A DNA stretch of 63,579 bases, the filler included, from Basidiobolus ranarum (taxonomy: Eukaryota), in assembly GCA_040143965.1 (NCBI GenBank). It is 39 parts of 39 records of this genome, joined end to end, with 100 filler letters (N's around TTAATTAATTAA, not from the genome) between each part and the next. Parts side by side here need not be neighbours in the genome. Positions count along the whole stretch, not along the records: positions 37,627 to 39,157 come from JASJQH010011783.1; positions 39,258 to 40,787 come from JASJQH010011784.1; positions 40,888 to 42,417 come from JASJQH010011785.1; positions 42,518 to 44,047 come from JASJQH010011786.1; positions 44,148 to 45,676 come from JASJQH010011787.1; positions 45,777 to 47,305 come from JASJQH010011788.1; positions 47,406 to 48,933 come from JASJQH010011789.1; positions 49,034 to 50,561 come from JASJQH010011790.1; 31 more parts are not named here. One strand, 5' to 3'. Under the pieces are notes generated by a model. That model did not search any database, had not been told where the DNA came from, and was given only the letters and a program-made list of their open reading frames with translations. The position numbers and the translations under genes are program-made. Shown one piece after another: positions 38,629 to 51,017 of the stretch. Every line of letters begins with the position of its first letter. The stretch's first letter is position 1.

Positions 38629-39157
38629 TGTTGAAATTAGCATTGCCTAAACACCTATATAGTCATATATAACTTAGTACTTAGTTATCTTATAATTCAC
38701 CAAGATATTATCCATTATTCTCATAAGGATTTTACTTAGAATATTGTCACCAACTTAGAAGTTCTCAGATATATAGATTTTTCAAACTTGTGGTATAAGC
38801 CCCAAACTTTGCACACATGTTCCTGGGACCTTTCTCCGCACACTCTACATATTAGTTTGCTTACATCTTGACAAAACTATAAATGTCAACTTTCTGCTTA
38901 ATAAAGCAATAAGTGAAAACCACCAATTCCTCTAATTCTCCAAACCACTTCCAACAAGCTCCCAAATACTTTAACAGGTTATGAGCCCCAAGCTTACACT
39001 CTCTGTAATGTCCACTTCTCAAATTTATGAAACTTTTCCCGCTTTTGAAAAATTGGATAAAACCAGTATCAAGTTTGGAAAATTAAAATGAAAATGCTGC
39101 TGCAAGAAAAAGAACTTTGGGACACTGTTGTAGGAGAAGAAAACAATGCAAAACTAT
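38629..39157 (+). mobile_element. 5' end of Copia family A: LTR 38629-38976, PBS 38977-38988, gag from 39008 (older partial LTR at about 38443-38620)
   Basis: TGTTGAAA...TTTAACA followed by GGTTATGAGCCC; gag MSTSQIY..VWKIKMKMLLQEK. Confidence 0.93.
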
Positions 39158-39257
39158 NNNNNNNNNNNNNNNNNNNNNNNNNNNNNNNNNNNNNNNNNNN
39201 NTTAATTAATTAANNNNNNNNNNNNNNNNNNNNNNNNNNNNNNNNNNNNNNNNNNNN

Positions 39258-40135
39258 GTGCTCAATGATCAGAAAATGAATATACCAAGGAATAGATAAT
39301 CAGTTCCAATGTCAACAAGAAATGGCAAGATCTATGTAGAGTTCACTAATTTTATCTCTTCAATTTTGATCTGAATATGTTGTTACAGCTATCTTCACAA
39401 AGAATATGTGCTTTACTAGAAGTCTTGCTCACTCTACATCATATCAGGCTTGGTTTGGAGTCAAACCTTATGCAAACCACTTGAAGAACTTTTGATGCAT
39501 TGCTTTTTTTCAAAATTATGAACAAAATTGGTCTAAATGAAATCCAAGAAGTAAAAATTGATATTTTAAGGTTATTGTACCAAAACTAAGGCTAACAGAC
39601 TCTATAATAGCAAAATTCCAAAGTTAAGCAAGTCCAAATATGGTTTGTAAATCAAAATGGGAAAGTTTTACCCAAAATGGCCTCACATGATGAGGAATAT
39701 CATGTATCTCCTGATCCAATAACAATGACAAGTATAGCATTCCTGTTGACCCTATTACTGAAATTCTGCTTACTGAAGTGCTTAATACAATGGTCCAAGT
39801 TGTAGTATCTACATTCCAAACCAGGATATCAAATCAGGTCAGAAATAGCCGCAATCACTTTATCAGTGAGTTGCAAAATTCATGCCAGCATGGCACATAT
39901 ACATGAGCCCCAGATTGTAAACAAGGCCTTGAATGTCTCTCACACTATATATTGGAGATATGAAATGACTTATGAGTACTAGGTTTTGATTGATAATCAA
40001 ACTTTAATTTCACCAACTTGCCAGATGCATGTTTAAAGTTAGATAAAACTCTGATGGCAATAGAGAAGGGTACAAGGTTCAACAAATAGCCAATGGCTTT
40101 TCCCACACATCAGGAGTAGATTATACAAAAGCATG
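39258..40135 (+). mobile_element. Very degenerate Copia family A integrase to RT start
   Basis: Patchy nucleotide match to the reverse complement of 12330-13010 and 24720-25380. Confidence 0.7.
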
Positions 40136-40887
40136 TCACAATATTTATGCCTTGTATTTGGCCCTATGAATCTGATGATATGAAGATGGCTTCTTCATGT
40201 GACCACATGCTGAAATAATGAGGCACAGTAATTAGCATGCGTATTACAATTCTTAAATTACAAGTGACCAGATTTACAACTTTTGGAATGAAAATTAATA
40301 TGCAAGGCTTTATTTAGAGAATCACAGAGGCAATTAAATTCAAAACATTGGGAACCCAACAATTTATGCAAAAACTGTATTTTGAATGGCAAATTACTGT
40401 GTTGCTGCTGCAGAACTTCAAATTAATATGCAAGCCTTTATTTGGATGTCTTAGGCTTTTATTGAGAATCAAAAAATTCAAGAATCTTATTGTGTTTAGT
40501 CTCTGCATACACACATAATTGACTGATCAGACACAAGTCCATAACATCAATAGGGTTTATCAGCAAACAAATGGTGCAAAAATTGCCAAACATCTGAAAT
40601 TTTGAATAGCACTAACACTTGGCAAATAGATGACTCTTGTAACCATTTACATTATGATTAATCTCTTGGATTTTGACAAATTGCTGTAAAGAATTCAGCC
40701 AAAATATCCCTAACTTGCAGTAAACCAATGTCTTGGTACATGTAGATGTGTCATTGCTTGAATAGATTATTCAATGGCTAAAACAATNNNNNNNNNNNNN
40801 NNNNNNNNNNNNNNNNNNNNNNNNNNNNNNNTTAATTAATTAANNNNNNNNNNNNNNNNNNNNNNNNNNNNNNNNNNNNNNNNNNNN

Positions 40888-41535
40888 ACCTTCTTGGCAG
40901 TTTTAGCTCTTGAACATTGAATTAGCAATTTGTCTTTAACATTAAGACAAATTGTGTTGAAGGCACTTTGTTCTTTTTTAACCTGGAGTAAAACTTTGGT
41001 TTCAGATAGTTTTGCATTGTTTTCTTCTCCTACAACAGTGTCCCAAAGTCCTTTTTCTTGCAGCAGCATTTTCATTTTAATTTTCCAAACTTGATAATTG
41101 GTTCCATCCAATTTTTCAGAAGAAGGAAAAGTTCCATAAATTTGAGAAGTAGACATTACAGAGAGTGCAAGCTTGGGGCTCATAACCTGTTAAAGTATTT
41201 GGGAGCCTGTTGGAAGTGGTTTGGAGAATTAGAGGAATTGGTGGTTTTCACTTATTGATTTATTGAGTAGAAAGTTGACATTTATAGTTTTGTCAAGATG
41301 TAAACAAACTAATGTGTAGAATGTGTTAAGGAAGGTCCCAGGAACATGTGCACAAAGTTTGGGGCTTTTAGCCCAAGTTTGAGAAATCTATATATCTGAG
41401 AACTTCTAAGTTGGTAAAAATATTCCAAGTAAATTCCAATTTGGGATAATTGATAATATCTTAGTGAATTATAAGCTTACTAAGTATTAAGCTATATATG
41501 ACTATATACGTGTTTAGGCAATGCTCATTTCAACA
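40888..41535 (-). mobile_element. 5' end of Copia family A: LTR 41188-41535, PBS 41176-41187, gag
   Basis: Perfect GGTTATGAGCCC PBS; gag EKLDGTNYQVWKIKMK. Confidence 0.94.
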
Positions 41536-42411
41536 GGATCTATGCTTAAAATACACACATTCTGGATCAAATTTTGATCTGATGGGATATTCAGATGAAA
41601 ATTGGGGAAGAGATATTGAAGACAGGAGATCTACAGCTGGATACTTATTTCTTTGCTATAAGGGAGGTATTTCTTAAAATTCAAAGAAACAACCTACCGT
41701 AGCACTTTCAACAACAGAAGCTGAATACATGACTGCATGTGAAGCAACAAAAGAAGCAATATGGTTAAGAAAACTTTTAACTGATCTGGGTTATTCTCAA
41801 AATTCACCAACTACAATATTCAAAGATAATCAAAGTTGTATCAAATTAGTTAAAAATCCTATGTGTCATAATAGAAGCAAACACATAGATATCAAGCATC
41901 ACTTCATTGGAGAGACTATAAAGAATAAGTTGATTGACTTAACTTACTGTTCTATAGAAGACATGATTGCTGATATACTAACCAAACCATTAGCTAGACA
42001 GAAATTTGAGAAATTTAGACCTTTATTAGGATTAATTTGTATGACTATTTAGTTGAGGGAGAGTGTTGAAATTAGCATTGCCTAAGCACCTATATAGTCA
42101 TATATAACTTAGTACTTAGCTATCTCATACCTTGCTAAGATATTATCAATTATTCTCAATTGGAATTTACTTGGAATATTTTTACCAACTTAGAAGTTCT
42201 CAGATATACAGATTCTTCAAACTTGTGCTAGAGGCCCCAAACTTTGTGCACATGTTCCTGGGACCTTACTTAACACATTCTACACATTCGTTTGTTTACA
42301 TCTTGACACCGCTCTAAAAGTCAACTTTTTACTCAATCAATCAATAAGTGACAACCACTAATTCCTCTAATTCTCAAAACCACTTCCACCCGGCGCCTAA
42401 ATCCTTTACCA
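41536..42411 (+). mobile_element. 3' end of Copia family A: RNase H, PPT 42053-42063, LTR 42064-42411
   Basis: STTEAEYM..EAIWLRK..DNQSCI..SKHIDIKHHF..ADILTKPL; TTGAGGGAGAG then TGTTGAAA. Confidence 0.94.
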
Positions 42412-43112
42412 TATATANNNNNNNNNNNNNNNNNNNNNNNNNNNNNNNNNNNNNNNNNNNNTTAATTAATTAANNNNNNNNNNNNNNNNNNNNNNNNNNN
42501 NNNNNNNNNNNNNNNNNAACTGTAACTTACCCAATTAAATGTATAACCAACACATTCACATGTTTTTAGGCCAATCATTTGTCCCTCACTAACACAGTAT
42601 CCTGATTTTCAATTTGGCACAACAGTTCTTGCATTACAAAACACCAGTAGTTTTGGCACACCGGTGACAAATCACAGCGCTTGATGATGGATCAATCTGC
42701 AGTATGATAGTAGTGATCAGGATTGCTTGATTCATCATTTTTAGATCAGCAAATTATTTATTCAATCATGTAAGCTTCTAATTGGGTGAAAATGTGAATG
42801 GATTGAGCCATATCAAGCCAATACAGCTGCTCAAGCTTTTTATTGACAGACATTTTTCATTTGATTGTAGTGAAATTGCTTGTATTAATAGGCTATCAAT
42901 GATTTTTTTGATATATGACAATTTCACGCTATCAGTGTTTTATAAACACATAGGCAATCATGATCTAACTAAAGCAATTTATGCTATATTTAACTGCAAT
43001 CCATATCAATTTTGCATGATGCGCTAAACAGTAAAGATAGGATAATGTAAGTATTAACAAGAGTATTCAGCAGTTGCCTAGGTTTGAAGCAGTACATGCT
43101 GATTTGCTTCTG

Positions 43113-44047
43113 TTACTTTTGTTGTCTCCTTGATATTTCCACAGAAGGAACTTTGCTTGAACCTCTGCACTGAGTTGGTTGGTTCAATCCTGCTGAAGTT
43201 TCTCTACCTTGGCTAGCATAATTTGTGGCTTGAGGTTGATGTGCTGTGGTATGTGTTGGCTCATTTGGTCTAGTTTGCGGTTTGTTTGTATCTACAGTCT
43301 CTTCTTCAGATGTGGAGCCTTCACTTAATGGGTCAACCAGCCATTGCTGCTGGCATGCAGCTCTACGCGTCAACCCGGAATGTCTCACTTGAGGTTTGTG
43401 CTTGACAGTTATTGCTTCTTCAACCATGGTAGAAGCTTCATCTCTTTCAACTGGCCGCCATGACCTCTGTTGCATGGCAGAACGTGTTGGAGCAAGTCAT
43501 CTGCCTTGAGGTTTGTGCCTGACAGTTATTGCTTCTTCAACCACGGTAGAAGCTTCATCTCTTTTGACTGGCTGCTGTGACCTCTATTGCATGGCAGAAC
43601 GCGTTGGAGCATATTGTCTACCTTGAGGTTTGTGTTTGACTGTTATGGTTTCCTCAAGCTTGGCAAGAGCTTCACTATCTCTCTCAAACACCCATTGTCT
43701 TGGTCTTGTGGGGGTATGCGTAGTAGTGGATTGCTGTCTTAGTAGATCGCTCTCAGGTGTCAGATCTTCATCCAACAAAGTGGAAGGTTCAATAATTCTT
43801 GTGGTTGGCCTTTGTTGCTGTCGCGTGGTTGTACACATTAAACCACTCCTTGGAGCTGACTCTTCTCCAGATGTAAAAAGCTCACTTGTTGGTTTGGTTA
43901 AATTGGGTAAATTGCATGCGACAACGCGTGAATATGCAGGCCATCCTCTCTCTGGTTCTTCATTGACTGCTTGCTCTTCATCAAAAATGGGAGAAACATC
44001 ACGGACTCTTCCAAGCTGGCATTGCGGTTGATGTGTACTACTAGCTG
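43113..44047 (-). pseudogene. Decayed ORF for a T/S/E/R-rich protein with 39-aa (117-bp) tandem repeats
   Basis: Repeat units start at 43390, 43507 and 43624; EASTMVEEAITVKHKPQ recurs; in-frame stops. Confidence 0.6.
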
Positions 44048-45160
44048 NNNNNNNNNNNNNNNNNNNNNNNNNNNNNNNNNNNNNNNNNNNNTTAATTAAT
44101 TAANNNNNNNNNNNNNNNNNNNNNNNNNNNNNNNNNNNNNNNNNNNNTCCCTTATAAACTCAGTGGGGTAGAATTCCCTTTTAATAGGTATCCATCCAAA
44201 TTATAAGCAAAGCCTAAGAGAAACATTTTGTAATCACTGTCATAGATATTTAGTCATCATTACTGTACTATGATAGTAAACCATTCATGTAATAAGTCAT
44301 GCAGGTAATATCTTAGTTTATGAACAATTCATGTAAACGAAAGTCAGAATTGGCAATTGCAGAAAACATGGCTCATCTCCACCTCTACCTAAAATTGTGG
44401 TGCTAGTAAATGAAATAAAAGCAAGTCATAAATAATCATTTTTGGTAGGTAGAGCTAGTAATGGATATTGTGGAGTTTATGCAAAACTAGTAGCCTATTT
44501 AAAGCGCATAAGTAAGCACACAAAGACGGTCTTTTTAATAAATCACCGAAAAGCTCATGCTTCTAAGGAATATTGAGGCATGAAAGCCGATTCTAATCAA
44601 TACTGCCAAGTGTATATGTTCAAATGTTGTAAAAATAGTGCTAATATCAGCACACGATTCATATCTAGATTTGAACACAATGGGTATCTAATGAGTAACC
44701 AGTTGATAATTCTTGGCGATGGCTGAGACTTGCTATGATTAAACGTTCTCAGGATACAGTGGGAAAAAACCAATGCGAGTTACTACGTACTTGCATTATC
44801 AAAATCCAGGCAGTGAACTTTTGAATACCCTGAATCGTCATCTTCACAGATTCTTCTCATGGTCCTAAATTCAAGTAACGACGGTAGCACAGCATCCACC
44901 ACCTTAATATCTATTCTTTATCTCTGCATTTTGAATGATGGAATTCCCTGTCCTCTTAACCATTGACTTATCCAGAAACTGATATAGGATGTAGTGGGTA
45001 ATCCTGGCACTGTAGTGTTTCAAATATGAGCAAAACTAGTATAAAACATAGCACTGTTGTCAATCGTACAATATAAATGTGTTAAAAATATGCCCTATTG
45101 GAGTAGTTCTTCGAAAGAAATAGCACTAAGTGCATTCTCGCAGTCGGAGGTTTGCAAATC

Positions 45161-45507
45161 TCAGTGAATAAAATCCTCAGCCTCAGTCTGCCTGCATAAC
45201 CCACGCAGCACAACATGGAGGACCTGATGAAAGTCCTCTCCAAGAACAACAACTTGGAATTGAAGTATTTTATCCATGCCTGGAGCAGGTTCATTTGCAG
45301 CAGCAAGAGCAGAATCGTTGACAGGATTGGCATTAGGATTGATGTTCACGTTGGCTCGGTGGTTCGTGTGGACATACTTGTACAAATACTCCACCGTGGA
45401 CATGGATGTGCAGACTTTGACGTTGATGCGAGAGTTATACTTGAGGCTTAGGTATAGTTCGTGTGGGACTACTCAGCAGTTGTCGATGTTCACATAATGA
45501 TAGCCAT
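45161..45507 (-). mobile_element. Collapsed Helitron RepHel remnant
   Basis: DNC*VVPHELYLSLKYNSRINVKVC..VEYLYKYVH (Rep motif) followed by VVVLGEDFHQVLHVV (PIF1 helicase GDFRQILPV motif). Confidence 0.82.
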
Positions 45508-46067
45508 GCACATCACAGTTTGGGTGTGGAAATTAATGATGCATAATCTAATTTCCAATAGTTTGTTAACCTTGGCAATGTTGAGCCAACCATTGTAGTT
45601 TCCACTCTGGGCAACCGAATATTGTAAAAAATGTAACGTCATTTGATTATTTAGATTGATCACACGCTCTTAGATANNNNNNNNNNNNNNNNNNNNNNNN
45701 NNNNNNNNNNNNNNNNNNNNTTAATTAATTAANNNNNNNNNNNNNNNNNNNNNNNNNNNNNNNNNNNNNNNNNNNNGTTGGATAAACTTCCATATTTAGC
45801 ACTCTTTGAGCTGGTGTACCCAGTTACATGGTGAGATTAAGCTTTTTTGCCAGTATATCTGACTCTGGAAGTGCAGATCTTTGTAATGGTGTGAAGAATT
45901 TGGTAGGTGGGACAGTAGAGCCTAAACTCACTAACTCCTTTGCTTTTCCCTTTGGTTACTAACTTCCTGCTCCTTGAGTACTTCTTGAGCTGCTTTTCTT
46001 TCTTTTTCAAGTTGATGATTGCCTATATTCTTAAGATGTTTCATGAATAGGCCTATACTAGCTCAAG

Positions 46068-47033
46068 TCAATAATTGTGTACATTTTGGAGATGTTTCAT
46101 GAATAGGCCTATACTAGCCCAATTGCCATTTGCTTGCACAAACCCAGGGTTAGCCACATGAAATACGTCAAGATCCTTCAGAGTAACACCTGATTTTTGG
46201 TTTTTCCATGATTGGCTCAAATCTAGGTGAATTTGGGCAAGATTACACACAGTTTCCAAAATGTTAAACCACTCATCATCAGAGCAAGTGACAGCAGCTC
46301 TGACATTCAGAGTTTTTTGGTTAGCTGGATTTCCTATGAGATTTCTACCTTCATGTGCCCAAGCAATTTTGGGTTGTTGTGTAGGCTTAATAGTCCAACA
46401 CATATTCTGCTCTGCTAGATTGTCATGGTGATGTTCATTTGTATGGTGTGGGATTGATTGAAATCCCATATGAGAATGGACAGAGGGTGCAGCATGTTGC
46501 TGTAGCTCAAGTACAGCATTCTAAAGATCTTGTATCATTGTTGAGTAACTCTCTAACTGTTGACTAGTTACTTCCAAACTCTGCATTAATTGCAATATTC
46601 CAGCATTATTACTTGTCATTGCCTGTATAGTAGCTTTGTAGCTTTCACTTATGATTGCATACATATCCTTATGGTGTTCTGCCTGCAATTCCCTTGTTGT
46701 AATAATTCTATTGGAATTTTCTATGGACGGTTGTTCAATAGTGGGCAAAGTAGCCATTTTGGAAGTTGATGGTCTTGCTGGTGTTTTGGTTGAACTTTGC
46801 TCAACAATTGACTGACTACATAATTGGGGGATTACAATCTCTTCACTCGCACTATCACTGGAAAGGAACACATCTGGTAAATTAATTAATGCTTCATCAT
46901 TACTTGAGTTAGTTTTCAGCTTGTTAATGCCTTCCAAAGTGGATAGTGGATTGTTAGACTGCTCATCAATTAAGTCCTCTGTTCTTGCTAGGTTTTTTCC
47001 TTTTCTGCCAGCGGGCTTTGGCTTAGAAGCCAA
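46068..47033 (-). pseudogene. Best-preserved copy of multicopy unknown ORF2 (probable CACTA accessory gene)
   Basis: Two long ORF pieces (46521-47033 and 46068-46469); homologues in four other contigs. Confidence 0.7.
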
Positions 47034-47405
47034 TTTTGATTTAGATTTTAAATGCTTTTAGAATGTCATTGGTATGTTCAGATGGTAAACTTGGCGTAAT
47101 GCAATTGCTTAGTAATTGCTTATAATAAACCAAAATTGCCATCCATTACTGGAAATATCTTGTAAATTCCCTGATGACTCATCTGTGGCACTGTCTCAGA
47201 ATCAGCTGATGATATTGATGGGCTATACCTAAAATACCACCCATATGTAGGAGGTGTTCTTTTTTCTACAATATCCTTCTCATGCCACAACTCAAACATT
47301 TAAAGNNNNNNNNNNNNNNNNNNNNNNNNNNNNNNNNNNNNNNNNNNNNTTAATTAATTAANNNNNNNNNNNNNNNNNNNNNNNNNNNNNNNNNNNNNNN
47401 NNNNN

Positions 47406-48767
47406 TACATCAGCTTGTAATTAAGAAGTTGGCTCCTCCGCTAGGTATTGTTTCTTATTGAAATTTGGCCGACAGTATTTGATGCTAATTACTACTCTAC
47501 ATCCAGTTACCCTTTTATCCTCTGTCCCTGAGGTTCAATACGTTGCTTTACGTAATATTTTGCTTATTTTACAAAAGAAACCCGAAGTTTTATCCAGAGA
47601 AATCCGTGTCTTCTTTTGTAAATACAATGACCCTCCATACGTCAAAGTAGAGAAGCTGAAGTTGATGATTAAGCTTGCCAACGAAACCAATGTCGACCAA
47701 CTTTTATCAGAACTTAAAGAGTAATTCACATCAACGAGCTTTTAATGCATCGTCTCTCCAGCTGACAAACATTGTACTTTTAGATATGCAAATGAAGTTG
47801 ATGTTGATTTCGTTAGGAAGGCCATTAAGGCCATAGGGAGCTGTGCCATCAGGATTGAGGTTTCTACAGAAAGATGCATAAACGTTCTGTTGGATCTTAT
47901 CAATACCAAAGTCAATTACGTAGTTCAAGAAGCTGTGATTGTTATGAGAGTAAGCGCCACATCCTTTCTTCTGTGAGTTATTTAGTGCATACTAATGGAC
48001 AAGCCGATAGGATATTTTCAGAAAGTACCCCCATCAATACGAAGGAGTTATTCCTACGCTCTGTGAGAATCTGGAGGCGATTGACGAACCAGAAGCTAAG
48101 GCTTCCTTAATTTGGATCATTGGGGAGTATGCAGAGAGAATCACAAATGCTGCAGAATTGCTTGAAATCTTCTTGGACCAATTTGACGACGAAAGCAACC
48201 AAGTATGTCTTCATTGGTCACATGCCCTATCACAAGTTCTAAATGATGTTTGTGCTCTTTTAGGTTCAGCTTCAATTGCTTACTGCTGTTGTTAAACTCT
48301 TCCTCAAGAAACCAACCGAGTGTCAGGATCTCGTTCTGAAAACACTTCAAACCACCACACAAACATGTGATAACCCTGATATCAGGGATAGAGCCTATAT
48401 TTACTGGCGTCTTCTCTCCACTGATCCTCAAGCTGCCAATGTAAGCCATCATGCATTTATGCTATTAATAGTTGACATCTCTTAACATCGCAATTCATAT
48501 CACTAGGCTATTGTGCTGTCTGAAAAACCACCAATTTCAGAGGATTCGTCCGACTTATCCGAGAGTCTCTTGAATGAACTCATCTTTAACATCTCAACCA
48601 TTGCCTCAGTTTATCACAAACCTGCCCATGTCTTCTTGAGCGATGGTAGAGTTAGTGCAGAAGATGTCCAAAATTCTCACGAGAAAGCTGAGACGTTCAT
48701 GCCAGAGCCTTCTATTCATATCGAAAATGTTCCCGAGCCTACTAATGATCTTCTTATTCAATTTTAA
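47406..48767 (+). CDS. APL2: AP complex beta adaptin, AP-1 beta-like, 3' half (introns 47445-47506, 47721-47783, 47950-48010, 48203-48263, 48441-48506)
   Basis: [78 protein letters not shown]; all five GT-AG introns restore the frame. Confidence 0.9.
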
Positions 48768-50182
48768 CTTGACCACACTGTTTATTTCTTAACTTGCTGC
48801 CATTCATCCACTCTATCAAATGAAAATTAAATTCCATCAAATCAAAATTAAATTCCATCAAATCATTTTAATTCAATGTAAAAAGTAGTCCCTCAAAAGT
48901 ATCATCATTCCAGTATTGAGTATACGTCAATGGNNNNNNNNNNNNNNNNNNNNNNNNNNNNNNNNNNNNNNNNNNNNTTAATTAATTAANNNNNNNNNNN
49001 NNNNNNNNNNNNNNNNNNNNNNNNNNNNNNNNNCCACTTGTAGGGGCTTCTCCAATTGACTTGGAGTATAGTTAATCAGGAAAGTAAATGTTCATTCCGA
49101 TTTGTATTGTAGCACGAATACGAAACTTATTGTTGCCAATTACTCTTAAATTATGGGATATCAATAAATGAAGGCATGTGCACACATTTACTGAACATGG
49201 CAGTCTAAAGACGGATATTAAGGTTGAAATTAAATTCGAACCTCAGATTATTAAGTATATTACATTTTTTTGGATACTCTAACTTCATAAAGTCGTAAGT
49301 TTAAATATCATCTGAACACTTTATCTTCAATTTACGGAATGTGAATACCAAGGCCATCTATGAGTCAACCAATACCAGCTCCTTATAGTAAGTAAGTGTG
49401 GTTCAGGAAAAAATGTTTGCTAATTATTTGGAAACATATGATGTGGTAAGATAAAGTTAGGGAAATATATATATTAGGATGAGCCGCTATTCAGGGAAGA
49501 ATATATATTGCTGTGATATGAGTTCCGTAAATAGGTATCCTAATTCTTCCCCTTTTGAGTAGCAGAGTGAATAATATATTGAGGTGAAGTGACATTCAGG
49601 ACAATATAATATTCAAAGATTTCCAAAACAAAGCTTAGTTTAATTATCGAGCGGATGGTTTTCAAGTATTCAATACTATACTGCTTCCTGTTAGAAACTT
49701 TATACAGTTAGGGAAATCTCCAATAATGGAGTCCACAGCCCACACCAAGCATGCTAAGCCAAGACATTGGGCGATCGATTTGCATAAAACCACAGTTTAT
49801 TATTCAATAGCGAATAATACGTATATCATATACCAAGGTGGTGAGTAGTCAATGTATTCGCATTTAACTCGAGTCCCATCAATCATCATATCAGAATATA
49901 ATTTGCTTGACTATTTGAGGGTTTTCAGTAAGCCCATAATACACTTTTAAGCAAATGTGATGTGTATCAATTTGGGATTGGAATTATATGGTTCATGATT
50001 GTACTGAATAATATTTTACTGCATACATGTAGGCATATTAGTTCTAATGATATATTTTGCTAAGTTGAATAAGTTATGAACATTAATATGATCCTTGACA
50101 TGGAAATATTATCCGATGGACTAAACCTGGCCACCAAATCGAAAAGAAAGTAGAAGTTTCATCCGTCGAAATTGATATAAGA

Positions 50183-50561
50183 CCAATTGAGGCAGCCGAC
50201 TACTTGAAGCCAGAATTTAAGGATGGCAAGATCATCTACGCTTATCCCCATGATGATGATGCTGTGCTTTACCAATTCATGAGACTGATTCAACAGAATG
50301 GCCAGGACTGGTTCAAGGCCTATCTTGCACAAAAGCCATTGGCTGTCCGTGGCACAAACACTCCAGTGTACTATATCAACAATGGTACCTCCACTGTTAG
50401 TTTCACCACTTCGGCATCATTGAACCCAACCCCAGGAGAAAAGGCTACCACTCTTGTTCCCAAGACTACATTCTTCCAGTCATGGGCTCAGACAGGGGGG
50501 CCATCTTCAAGAAGGCGAAAAACCCAGCAACGGCAAAGTTGTATGTGAGCTGGTTGACATC
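50183..50561 (+). pseudogene. Fragment of a periplasmic/ABC-type solute-binding protein (family seen in fungi and oomycetes), frameshift in a G6 run
   Basis: DYLKPEFK..YPHDDDAVLY..LAQKP..VRGT..FQSWAQTG then AIFKKAKNPATAKLYVSWL in another frame; no recognisable N-terminal half upstream. Confidence 0.65.
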
Positions 50562-50661
50562 NNNNNNNNNNNNNNNNNNNNNNNNNNNNNNNNNNNNNNN
50601 NNNNNTTAATTAATTAANNNNNNNNNNNNNNNNNNNNNNNNNNNNNNNNNNNNNNNNNNNN

Positions 50662-50806
50662 TATATCTGAGAACTTCTAAGTTGGTAAAAATATTCTAAG
50701 TAAATTCCGATTGAGAATAATTGATAATATCTTAGTGAGTTATAAGATAACTAAGTACTAAGCTATATATGATTTTATAGGTGTTTAGGCAATGCTAATT
50801 TCAACA
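50662..50806 (-). repeat. Family A LTR 5' part
   Basis: Terminus TGTTGAAATTAGC at 50806. Confidence 0.9.
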
Positions 50807-51017
50807 TTATTTTCATCACTGCTTACACAACCTTTGAAGAGGAAGCTCAAGAGAAACTACTTAAGGTAGTTACAGGCTACTGTGTGACTAGAAAGGACTT
50901 GACTAGCTCAAATGAAGTACTGACAGGTAGATGTTATATTTCTGATACTTTATATTTTTTCCCTTGCTTTGTCTGCATAAGCAAGGAACTTTTAATATCC
51001 TTGGATAAATCTCTACC

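Noticed and set aside
42587-42595. CACTAACAC as a true CACTA terminus
   Set aside because: Lies directly after shared subterminal sequence with no demonstrable junction or partner end
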